From contig NZ_ACJN02000002.1 in the NCBI RefSeq assembly GCF_000174435.1, positions 779,490 to 811,489 on the forward strand: a stretch of 32,000 nt of DNA, written 5' to 3'. Positions 17,335 to 24,847 of this stretch are shown here, one piece after another. The translations under genes and the position numbers were made by a program. This stretch comes from Desulfonatronospira thiodismutans ASO3-1 (lineage in GTDB: Bacteria; Desulfobacterota; Desulfovibrionia; Desulfovibrionales; Desulfonatronovibrionaceae). Numbering within the stretch: position 1 is the stretch's first letter; each line of letters opens with the position of its first letter. Below the pieces are notes generated by a model. It saw nothing but the letters and a program-made list of their open reading frames with translations. It made no database searches and was not told where the DNA came from.

Positions 17335-17673
17335 ATGAGCTCTAAACGTATCCGAGATCCGTTATACGGCTTTATCGAGGTAGATGATCAGGATATTAAG
17401 CTTATTGATCATAGATTGACCCAGCGCCTGCGCTGGGTGAACCAGTTACCTTTGCCAGTTTTTGAACGTAGAGTACAACAGGATCTTTTGGTGCAGCAAG
17501 ACTCCGGAAAGGAAGCTCCTGTAGCAGAATATCTTGGATTCAAGATTTCAGACGAAGATGTTCTGGAAAAAGGGGACACATATCTGCACATATTCATCCG
17601 GCCATATTCTTCTATCAGGCACGATGAGTTAAGATTAAAAATAGATAATGTGCTTCATCGATTCGAGGCTTAG
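17335..17673 (+). CDS. small hypothetical protein; the N-terminus resembles the start of HD-domain phosphohydrolases, so this may be a deletion remnant
   Basis: A 112-aa ORF. KRIRDPLYGFIEVDDQDIKLIDHRLTQRLRWVNQL resembles the conserved N-terminus of SAMHD1-like HD proteins (..I.DP.HG.I.L...E..LID.P.FQRLR.I.QL), but the H..HD metal motifs that should follow are absent. Confidence 0.45.
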   Translation: MSSKRIRDPLYGFIEVDDQDIKLIDHRLTQRLRWVNQLPLPVFERRVQQDLLVQQDSGKEAPVAEYLGFKISDEDVLEKGDTYLHIFIRPYSSIRHDELRLKIDNVLHRFEA

Positions 17674-17737
17674 CGTGTTTTCTTTAATGACCAGAGTTGA
17701 TTATGGAAATCGTATCAATGTATGTATGGAGTAGTTC

Positions 17738-18760
17738 GTGACCTTAACGTATTTGAAATTTCACAGATTTACAGCCTTTGACCGGCTGGAGCTGGATCTA
17801 TCTCCAGGTATCAATGTCTTTATTGGAACCAATGGGACGGGCAAGACGCATTTGATGAAAGCCGCTTATGCAGCCTGTGATATTACCAAAAGCAAGCTTG
17901 GGCTGGCAGATAAGCTGGTCCGGGTTTTTTTGCCCTCAAACAGACATATCGGCCGCATGGTCAAACGGCAGAAAGGTAGCTCCAGGGCGAAGCTGGACAT
18001 CCGTCGCGGCAATAAAAAACTGACACTGTCCTTTTCCAACCATGCCAAGTTGTCCAGATCGGCAACAAGCACTGGAGAGAAGGATTGGGTCAAGGATCCT
18101 GTGGAAAGCGTATATATCCCGGTCAAGGAGATGCTGGCCAATGCAGTAGGTTTCAGATCCTTGTATGCTCAAAGAGAAATTCATTTTGAAGAGATCTATG
18201 CTGATATTCTGGACAGGGCTTATCGTCCTCCTCTGCGCGGTCCGGCTGAAAAAAGCCGCAAGTCCTTGATGAACAGCCTGCAAAAGATCATTGATGGGCT
18301 GGTCATTGTCAAAGAAGAAGAGTTTTTTCTGCGCAACAAGGAGGGCAACCTGGAATTCTCTCTTCTGGCCGAAGGCATGCGCAAACTGGGTTTGCTTTGG
18401 CTGCTTATTCAAAACGGCACCCTGCTCAAAGGTTCTGTCCTTTTTTGGGACGAACCGGAAAGCAATCTCAATCCCAAGCTTTTCGGGACCATGATGGAGA
18501 TCCTGCTCGCTCTGCAGAGGCAGGGAGTCCAGGTATTCCTGGCCACTCATGATTATGTGATCCTTAAAGAACTGGACCTGCGCCGCCGGAAAAGGGACAA
18601 GGTGGTATTCCATTCTCTGTACCGGGATGAAGAAACCAATGAAATCGCGCTGCAGGTTGCTTTGAATTACCAGCAGGTGCATCCCAACGCCATTGCCGAC
18701 GCTTTTTCTGATATCTATGACCGGGAGGTGGAAAGAAGCCTGGGAGCGGTTGAGGTATGA
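17738..18760 (+). CDS. ABC/SMC-like AAA ATPase (AAA_15/AAA_21-type defence-associated ATP-binding protein)
   Basis: A 340-aa ORF with a GTG start and a GGAG RBS. It has Walker A GTNGTGKTHL, a signature-like LLAEGMRKLGLLWLL, Walker B/D-loop VLFWDEPESNLNP and H-loop LATHD. Confidence 0.8.
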   Translation: MTLTYLKFHRFTAFDRLELDLSPGINVFIGTNGTGKTHLMKAAYAACDITKSKLGLADKLVRVFLPSNRHIGRMVKRQKGSSRAKLDIRRGNKKLTLSFSNHAKLSRSATSTGEKDWVKDPVESVYIPVKEMLANAVGFRSLYAQREIHFEEIYADILDRAYRPPLRGPAEKSRKSLMNSLQKIIDGLVIVKEEEFFLRNKEGNLEFSLLAEGMRKLGLLWLLIQNGTLLKGSVLFWDEPESNLNPKLFGTMMEILLALQRQGVQVFLATHDYVILKELDLRRRKRDKVVFHSLYRDEETNEIALQVALNYQQVHPNAIADAFSDIYDREVERSLGAVEV

Positions 18761-18900
18761 CGCAAATCAAGGAAGGCAGTATTGCTATAGATTTTTCCCA
18801 GGCCCTGAAGGTCCGCAGATTTGACGACATCAATCGCGGCCTTTCATTTTGTATGAAGGCGGTGGATTTTATTGTTGAGCTGGAAAAGAGCGTGATGTAA
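18757..18900 (+). pseudogene. 5' fragment of the ATPase partner gene, truncated by a MITE arm that supplies the stop codon
   Basis: Its ATG overlaps the ATPase stop (ATGA). It reads MTQIKEGSIAIDFSQALKVRRFDDINRGLSFCMKAVDFIVELEKSVM and then TAA, which lies inside GTAAGCATTCAGGGG (the repeat terminus at 18897). KAVDFIVE is compatible with the beginning of a PD-(D/E)xK-type core, which is speculative. Confidence 0.5.
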
Positions 18901-18977
18901 GCATTCAGGGGATACCGAAATCACGCCTCTGGCGTGACTGGGGACAGTCCCCGCGACATCTATCCTGACACATGGGG
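18897..18977 (+). repeat. composite repeat: one arm of the GTAACCATTCAGGGG-type MITE fused to the last ~24 bp of the ~155-bp repeat family
   Basis: GTAAGCATTCAGGGGATACCGAAATCACGCC...GGGGACAGTCCCCGCGACA is similar to the reverse complement of 26972-27020. It is followed by TCTATCCTGACACATGGGG, which is identical to the right end of copies C and D. Confidence 0.75.
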
Positions 18978-19313
18978 ATACTCATCTCAGACTTCATCCT
19001 CAACGAGTTCGAGACCAAACTGGTATCTAATCACGGTCGAAGAGGCTGCAGCCGCTACCGCGCTTGTCCACACCCGCGCGGTTCTGCATTCACCGGAGCC
19101 TCTGTCTGATCGGCATCCAGAAAGGACAGCCAAGTAGCCTGATCCTTCCCGACGCGTCGTCACGCCAGGCAAGATATGCCTGCGTACCGCCGCCATGACG
19201 GCGGAGCGTTCCCCACGCCTGTGTGTCACCGTCGGTTTCAAGATCCATGTCGGCATTGACAAACCTCTCATTGATATGTACAGGAAATATGTACACCATA
19301 AACGGAGGCGAAT

Positions 19314-19592
19314 ATGGCAATCCAAACAACATACACACATGCACGCGCAAAGCTGTCTTCATTATTGGATGCGGTGACCCAAGATCGTGAAGTAGTCATC
19401 ATTCAGCGACGTGGGCAAGAGGACGTGGCCCTGATCAGCGCCGATGAACTGGCTGGTATTTTTGAAACCGCGCATCTGCTCCGTTCCCCCAAAAATGCAG
19501 AGCGGCTTTATGCTGCTTTGGACAGGGTGAAAAAACCATCAGGATCACCTCAAACCATAGAGGAACTTCAAAGCGAGGTTGGTTTTGAGTAA
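19314..19592 (+). CDS. yefM: Phd/YefM-family antitoxin
   Basis: A 92-aa ORF with a GGAGG RBS. The N-terminus TTYTHARAKLSSLLDAVTQDREVVIIQRRGQEDVALISADEL is typical of YefM, and the ORF is followed by yoeB. Confidence 0.85.
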   Translation: MAIQTTYTHARAKLSSLLDAVTQDREVVIIQRRGQEDVALISADELAGIFETAHLLRSPKNAERLYAALDRVKKPSGSPQTIEELQSEVGFE

Positions 19593-19605
19593 GGGGGCAT
19601 AGAAA

Positions 19606-19881
19606 ATGCCTCAAACAAAAATAAAGCGCGAATCCGTGTTTCAACCCGAATTCAGGGAAGACCTGAAATTCTGGGTTGAAACAGATCGCAAAACCGCACT
19701 TCGTATATTTCAGTTGATAGAGGCTGTTATGCGCGACCCATTTCAAGGCATGGGGAAACCTAAACCTTTAAAGTATCTTGGCCCGGGTGCATGGTCTCGT
19801 CGAATTACACAGGAACATCGGTTAGTTTATGTTGTCGGCCATGAAAGAGTGGATTTTGTTCAAGCTCGTTATCACTATTAA
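19606..19881 (+). CDS. yoeB: YoeB/Txe-family mRNA interferase toxin
   Basis: A 91-aa ORF. FWVETDRKTALRIFQLIEAVMRDPFQGMGKPKPLKYLGPGAWSRRITQEHRLVYVV...ARYHY closely parallels E. coli YoeB (..PFEGKGKPEPLK...WSRRITEEHRLVY...CRYHY). Confidence 0.9.
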   Translation: MPQTKIKRESVFQPEFREDLKFWVETDRKTALRIFQLIEAVMRDPFQGMGKPKPLKYLGPGAWSRRITQEHRLVYVVGHERVDFVQARYHY

Positions 19882-20127
19882 GAGATACGCCTTACTGAAT
19901 GGAGTTTCAAAAAAGCTCAAATACAAACCAATGTTGAAATTTATCCTTCATCCTATAATGGTTTGTCAAAAAAATAGATAGCAGACTGCTTGCAGACACG
20001 TCCAATAGATTATCGTCATAGGTTGGTCAAAATTCTAGTAAAATTGTCAAAAGATAAGGTACAGGAAAGTAACCAGTCTTTAAAGATTTTATTTGAACTT
20101 AATTCATAGCCCAAAATATCAGCGGCT

Positions 20128-20278
20128 GTATCTGTTTAGCGCTTTTAAGGAAAGCAGGGGACAGGCACTCCGGGACCCACTTGAGCATCATTTTGTGCTT
20201 AAAATATCTCATTTTTTGGGACAAGTGGGTCCCGGAAGAGCCAGTCCCCATGCCACATGCAAAGCGCTAAACAGATAC
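20128..20278. mobile_element. 151-bp MITE with terminal inverted repeats and an 8-bp target site duplication
   Basis: TIR GTATCTGTTTAGCGCTTT (20128-) pairs with ...AAAGCGCTAAACAGATAC (-20278). Inner arms also pair (GGGGACAGGCACTCCGGGACCCACTTG with CAAGTGGGTCCCGGAAGAGCCAGTCCCC). The element is flanked by CAGCGGCT at 20120-20127 and 20279-20286. Confidence 0.8.
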
Positions 20279-20495
20279 CAGCGGCTAACTAATAATGATA
20301 GAGTCGAACAGAAAGCCGTGAACGTATCTCAATTGGGGATAGTCCCGTACCTGCTTGATATTTTAGCAAGTTGCAGCGACATCATGAAATCATTCCCAAG
20401 CAGGTGCCGGACAGTCCACGGAGGTCAGTCATAAGTTTCACTGTAGAATTGAGAGTAAACTAAAAACTACTGTCTCAGCCACTATAGGATAGTGT

Positions 20496-20786
20496 ATGGA
20501 AAAGAAAGAGGAAATCCTATTTTTTCTGCAAGAGCACAGAAAAGAACTCAAGGAAAGATTTTCCGTGAGACGAATCGGTCTTTTTGGGTCTGTACTTAAT
20601 GATGCTGCAGAGACTGGCAGCGATGTGGATATTCTGGTAGAGCTGGATCAGCCCACATTTGACAACTATATGGACCTTAAATTTTTCCTGGAAGACGCAT
20701 TCGGCCGATCGGTGGATCTTGTTCTGGCAGACAACCTTAAGCCCCGCCTCCAGCCGATCATTTCCCAAGAGGTGACCTATGTATAG
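20496..20786 (+). CDS. nucleotidyltransferase-domain protein (MNT-type antitoxin of HEPN/MNT modules), with no HEPN partner present
   Basis: A 96-aa ORF. RIGLFGSVLNDAAETGSDVDILVE is the minimal nucleotidyltransferase GS...D.D motif. Its stop codon lies at the edge of the IS-IR-related element that begins at 20784. Confidence 0.8.
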   Translation: MEKKEEILFFLQEHRKELKERFSVRRIGLFGSVLNDAAETGSDVDILVELDQPTFDNYMDLKFFLEDAFGRSVDLVLADNLKPRLQPIISQEVTYV

Positions 20787-20976
20787 TTGTGACTGCAAAA
20801 AGTCATTTTTGCAGTCACAGACGTCAGAGATCAGAGGTCAGTAAAATCAAATAGTTATGTCACGCGAACCACGCTAACCACGCTAAGACGCGTGGCAGGA
20901 AAGCTTGGCAGGACGCGTGGCTGGACGCGTGAATGATATCTGCATTTTTCATTCCCCGACTTTTTGCAGGTGCATC
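20784..20976. mobile_element. ~190-bp non-autonomous element bounded by inverted repeats related to the IS1182-like element
   Basis: The left end TAGTTGTGACTGCAAAAAGTC resembles IRL AAGATGCGACTGCAAAAAGTC. The right end GACTTTTTGCAGGTGCATC resembles IRR GACTTTTTGCAGACGCATC. The left IR is immediately followed by its own inverted copy, giving a perfect 13-bp-stem hairpin GTGACTGCAAAAA-GTCA-TTTTTGCAGTCAC at 20788-20817. The interior has short ACGCGTGG and CACGCTAA repeats. Confidence 0.65.
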
Positions 20977-21055
20977 ATATTTCGAAAATAAATGATTACA
21001 GGTGAGAGACAAAGCCTTAAAGACACTGATCAGGGTAGGATATATATGGAGGATT

Positions 21056-21946
21056 ATGCAGCCGGGTGAAAAAGAACAGAACAACCTGTCCGGAAGCAGC
21101 CTTTTGCAGGTGCGCAGTCTGTGTATAGACTTCGAATCCCATGGTGAGGTACACCGGGCTGTGGACGGCGTGTCTTTTTCCATTGCCCCGGGAGAGGTCC
21201 TGGCGGTGGTGGGGGAGTCCGGCAGCGGCAAGAGTGTTACCGGACTGTCCCTGACCGGTCTTCTGCCTCCGCCTCCGGGATGCCGGGTGGGCGGTGAAGT
21301 GCTCTACCAGGGCCGCAATCTGCTTGAGTGCAGCGCCAGGGAGCTGAGGCAGTACCGGGGCAAGCAGATAGCTTATGTCTTTCAGGAGCCGGGCACTGCT
21401 CTGAACCCGGTTTTTACCATAGGCCACCAGATCGCCGAGGCCATCCGCCTGCATCGCCCCGAAGTAAAAGATATAAAAGCAGAAATCGTAAAGGCACTGG
21501 ACATGGTCAAGATTCATGAGCCTGAAAGGCGTTTTGAGGATTATCCGCATCAGCTGAGCGGCGGCATGCAGCAAAGAGTGATGATAGCCATGGCCCTGGC
21601 CTGCAACCCCAGGCTCCTGGTGGCGGACGAGCCCACCACAGCCCTGGATGTGACCATCCAGGCCCAGATAATAAACCTTCTAAGGGAGCTGCGGGAAAGA
21701 CTGGGCATGTCCATCATGCTCATTACCCACAATTTCGGCATTGTGTCCGGATTTGCAGACAGGGTGGCGGTAATGCGCCATGGCAGGATCGTGGAGCAAA
21801 AAGAGACGTCGGTGATTCTCAAAAGCCCGGAGCATCCCTACACTAAGGCCCTCATAGGCTGCATTCCTGTTCTGGGACGCAAGCTGCGCAGACTGCCCAC
21901 CATAGAATCCGAAACCAGGCAGGAACAAGAGCATGGCCATGCCTGA
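21056..21946 (+). CDS. oligopeptide/dipeptide ABC transporter ATP-binding protein (OppD/DppD-like)
   Basis: It has Walker A GESGSGKS, signature LSGGMQQRV, Walker [13 protein letters not shown], and the C-terminal oligopeptide-type extension [15 protein letters not shown] 21056 follows a GGAGG RBS, so the track ORF start at 21002 is probably too far upstream. Confidence 0.85.
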   Translation: MQPGEKEQNNLSGSSLLQVRSLCIDFESHGEVHRAVDGVSFSIAPGEVLAVVGESGSGKSVTGLSLTGLLPPPPGCRVGGEVLYQGRNLLECSARELRQYRGKQIAYVFQEPGTALNPVFTIGHQIAEAIRLHRPEVKDIKAEIVKALDMVKIHEPERRFEDYPHQLSGGMQQRVMIAMALACNPRLLVADEPTTALDVTIQAQIINLLRELRERLGMSIMLITHNFGIVSGFADRVAVMRHGRIVEQKETSVILKSPEHPYTKALIGCIPVLGRKLRRLPTIESETRQEQEHGHA

Positions 21947-22808
21947 TGCACAAACTGACATGAGCCCGGCGGGGGAGGCGGTTCAGGACAAACCCGGGCA
22001 CACCGGGGACAGGACTTCAGCCCCGGCCCTGGTGCAGGTTAAAAATCTCAAGGTGTATTTCCCTGTTTACGGAGGTCTGTTCAGGCGGGTGCGGGGCTAC
22101 ATGCGGGCTGTGGATGATGTGGGTTTTAGTGTTCCGGAGGGCTCCACCGTGGGCCTGGTGGGGGAGTCAGGCAGCGGCAAGACCACCACAGGACGCAGTA
22201 TGGTCAGGCTTATTCAGCCCACCGCCGGAGAAATCCTCTACCGGGGCAGTGATGTAGTCGGCCTGAGCAAACGCGAATTTTTCCCCTACCGCAAAAAGAT
22301 GCAGATGATCTTTCAGGATCCCTTCAACTCCCTCAACCCCAGGATGAGCGTGGAAAAGATCCTCACAGAGCCCCTGGGCATCCACTTTCCCCGGATGAGT
22401 GCAGATGAAAGGCACATGCGCTGCGCCCGGCTCATGGAGATGGTAGGGCTCAAGCCTGATCAGCTGCGGCGCTATCCCCACGAGTTCAGCGGCGGACAGC
22501 GCCAGCGCATAGGCATAGCCAGGGCCCTGGCCGTGGAGCCGGAATTTATCATCTGCGACGAACCGGTAAGCGCCCTGGACGTATCCGTGCAGGCCACCAT
22601 AATCAATCTGCTGCAGGATCTGCAGGAAGAGCTGGGGCTTACTTACCTGTTCATCGCCCATGACCTGGCAGTAGTGGAGCACATAAGCGATTATGTCCTG
22701 GTGATGCACCAGGGCCGGATCGTGGAACAGGCAAGCTCGGAAGTTATTTACAGTGCACCGCAGCATCCGTATACTATAAAGCTGTTGCAGGCTGTACCGG
22801 GATTGTAG
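21933..22808 (+). CDS. oligopeptide/dipeptide ABC transporter ATP-binding protein (OppF/DppF-like)
   Basis: It has Walker A GESGSGKT, signature FSGGQRQRI, Walker B FIICDEPVSALD and C-terminal HPYTIKLLQAVP. It overlaps the end of the preceding ABC gene, and the exact start is uncertain (alternatives 21939 and 21960). Confidence 0.85.
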   Translation: MAMPDAQTDMSPAGEAVQDKPGHTGDRTSAPALVQVKNLKVYFPVYGGLFRRVRGYMRAVDDVGFSVPEGSTVGLVGESGSGKTTTGRSMVRLIQPTAGEILYRGSDVVGLSKREFFPYRKKMQMIFQDPFNSLNPRMSVEKILTEPLGIHFPRMSADERHMRCARLMEMVGLKPDQLRRYPHEFSGGQRQRIGIARALAVEPEFIICDEPVSALDVSVQATIINLLQDLQEELGLTYLFIAHDLAVVEHISDYVLVMHQGRIVEQASSEVIYSAPQHPYTIKLLQAVPGL

Positions 22809-22986
22809 AGCACTTCATCAGTCTTGACATTCTGCCTCTGCAGTGTACGTTCAAGTGTATATTGCAGAAGGGCAGGACCATAAAGCCTGTTGTTTTAACT
22901 GTTTTTAGCTGTATAAAAAGAAAAAAGAGAGTCTAAACCCGGCTGCGGGCACATCCCCTGTTGGAAGGTTTGCAGGCTGAAAATTC

Positions 22987-24546
22987 ATGCTGGAACTTTT
23001 AAGAATAAAAAACCTGGCCCTTATCCAGGACATGGAACTGGAATTCGACCCGGGGCTGAACGTGCTTACCGGTGAATCCGGGGCGGGCAAATCCTTTATC
23101 CTCAAGGCCCTGGATTTTATCCTGGGGGAAAAGATGTCCGCTTCCATGGTCCGTGCCGGGGAGGACAAGGCCGTGGTGGAGGCGGTCTTTGTCCTGGACG
23201 GGGAGGAGTATATCATCAAGCGCGAGCTTGCGGCCAGGACTTCGCGCAGCCGGTTTTACCTGAACGATTCCCTGAGTTCCCAGGACCGCATCCAGTCCCT
23301 GCGGGACAGTCTTCTTATCTATACCAGCCAGCACGGGCAGCAGAAACTTTTGAAGCCTGCCTACCATGTAAGGATCCTTGACGGATTCCTGGAAAACCCC
23401 GGAGTACTGCAGAAAAAGGACGAACTCTTGGAGAGCATGAACCAGGTCCTGGACAGAAAAAAAGAGATCCAGGGCAGGCTGGCCGAGCTTGAAGAGAAAA
23501 AAGAACTCCTGGAGTATCAGAAAGCCAGGATTGACGAGGTGCATCCCGAGGCAGGGGAGGAAGATGACCTCCTGGCCCGGCGAGATGAGATAAAATCCAG
23601 GGCGGACCTGGCCCAGGACGTGCAAAAGGGTCTGGACATCCTGCATTCGCCCCAGGGAAGTCTCCTGGATGGCATACGCCAGCTCTGCCGCATAGCCGAG
23701 CGTATGGAAGCCCTGGATGAAGGGTATGCCAGGCAGGCCGGGGAACTGGAGAACGCTGCCGCAGCACTGGAAGATTTTGACCGGGTCCTTCGAAGCACAA
23801 GGGTGCATGACGAAGAGGCGGAACTGGAAAAGGTGGAATCCAGGCTGTGGGAGCTGAACCAGCTGAAAAGAAAGCTTGGGCGCAGCCTGGATGAAATCCT
23901 GGACATGGAGCGAGAGATCCAGGAGCATCTTTCTTTTCTGGACCAGGGCCGCCTGGACCTGAAGCAGCTGGAGCGCCAGGAGGCCGGCCTGGCCCGGGAA
24001 CTGGACCAGGCCGCAGGAGAGCTCAACCAGGAGCGCAGGAAATGCGCCGGTGAGCTGGCCTCCAGGCTGGAAAAGGAGCTTCAGTGCCTGGGGTTTTCAG
24101 AGCATATCCGGGTGGAGTTTCAATTTTCCCCTGTGGAAATTTATCCGGGCATCAATGAAGACAGGCCAAGGCTATTGTGGATACCCAACCCGGGTCAGCC
24201 GGCCCAGCCCTTAGACAAGATCGCTTCCGGAGGCGAGCTTTCCAGGTTTTTGCTGGCCCTGGTAGGGCTGCGTTCGGAAAAGGGCATGCCCACCCTTTTA
24301 TTTGACGAGGTGGATGCAGGTATCGGGGGAGGCACCCTGATCCAGGTGGGACAAAGGATCCAGGAACTGTCCCGCAACCGGCAGATTCTCCTGATAACCC
24401 ACTGGCCGCAGCTGGCGGACCTGGCCGACTGTCATTTCATGGTGCAAAAAGAGGTCTACAGTGACCAGACCTATACCCTGTGTTCCAGGCTGGACGCTGA
24501 GCAGTCCAGAAGCGAGCTTGCGCGTATGGCTGGGGAAGGCGGATGA
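22987..24546 (+). CDS. recN: DNA repair protein RecN
   Basis: A 519-aa ORF. The N-terminus is MLELLRIKNLALIQDMELEFDPGLNVLTGESGAGKSFILKALDFILG, followed by a long coiled-coil middle and a C-terminal SGGELSRFLLAL...LLFDEVDAGIGG. Confidence 0.9.
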   Translation: MLELLRIKNLALIQDMELEFDPGLNVLTGESGAGKSFILKALDFILGEKMSASMVRAGEDKAVVEAVFVLDGEEYIIKRELAARTSRSRFYLNDSLSSQDRIQSLRDSLLIYTSQHGQQKLLKPAYHVRILDGFLENPGVLQKKDELLESMNQVLDRKKEIQGRLAELEEKKELLEYQKARIDEVHPEAGEEDDLLARRDEIKSRADLAQDVQKGLDILHSPQGSLLDGIRQLCRIAERMEALDEGYARQAGELENAAAALEDFDRVLRSTRVHDEEAELEKVESRLWELNQLKRKLGRSLDEILDMEREIQEHLSFLDQGRLDLKQLERQEAGLARELDQAAGELNQERRKCAGELASRLEKELQCLGFSEHIRVEFQFSPVEIYPGINEDRPRLLWIPNPGQPAQPLDKIASGGELSRFLLALVGLRSEKGMPTLLFDEVDAGIGGGTLIQVGQRIQELSRNRQILLITHWPQLADLADCHFMVQKEVYSDQTYTLCSRLDAEQSRSELARMAGEGG

Positions 24547-24627
24547 GTGAAGACGGATGTCAGCCTTCCACGCTTGCTCGTCCGGGACCGAATCTGCGAG
24601 TAAATGGATAAGGAAGTGGTTATTAGA

Positions 24628-24663
24628 ACGAACCACCCCCGGCCCCTCCTTAACCAAGGAGGA
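24628..24663. repeat. REP-like GC-rich palindromic element (solo copy)
   Basis: ACGAACCACCCCCGGCCCCTCCTTAACCAAGGAGG is nearly identical to 26561-26597 and inverted relative to 26761-26795. The core CCTCCTT-loop-AAGGAGG forms a hairpin. It lies ~80 bp after the recN stop. Confidence 0.8.
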
Positions 24664-24847
24664 GAAGGCTGTGCTGTACGCAAAAAAATGACAAACTTGT
24701 ATGACAGCAACATGCTGAACTTAATGAATTGAAATTATGATTATTTAGAAGAGGACAGAAGTTCGAGTGGCTTAGGACCTGTGGGAACAAGAAGGGTCTC
24801 TTGGGCGGAAGTACTTACAACCTGCAACTTAAAACTTTATAAATTTC

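Noticed and set aside
19960-20052. Three (T/G)GTCAAAA motifs as iterons or operator sites downstream of yoeB
   Set aside because: The motif is short and AT-rich in AT-rich DNA, spacing is irregular, and no adjacent gene provides a role. This is likely chance.
20093-20434. 113-aa ORF between yoeB and the MNT gene
   Set aside because: It reads straight through a MITE with a target duplication and a second hairpin element. It starts with a non-ATG codon and has no RBS.
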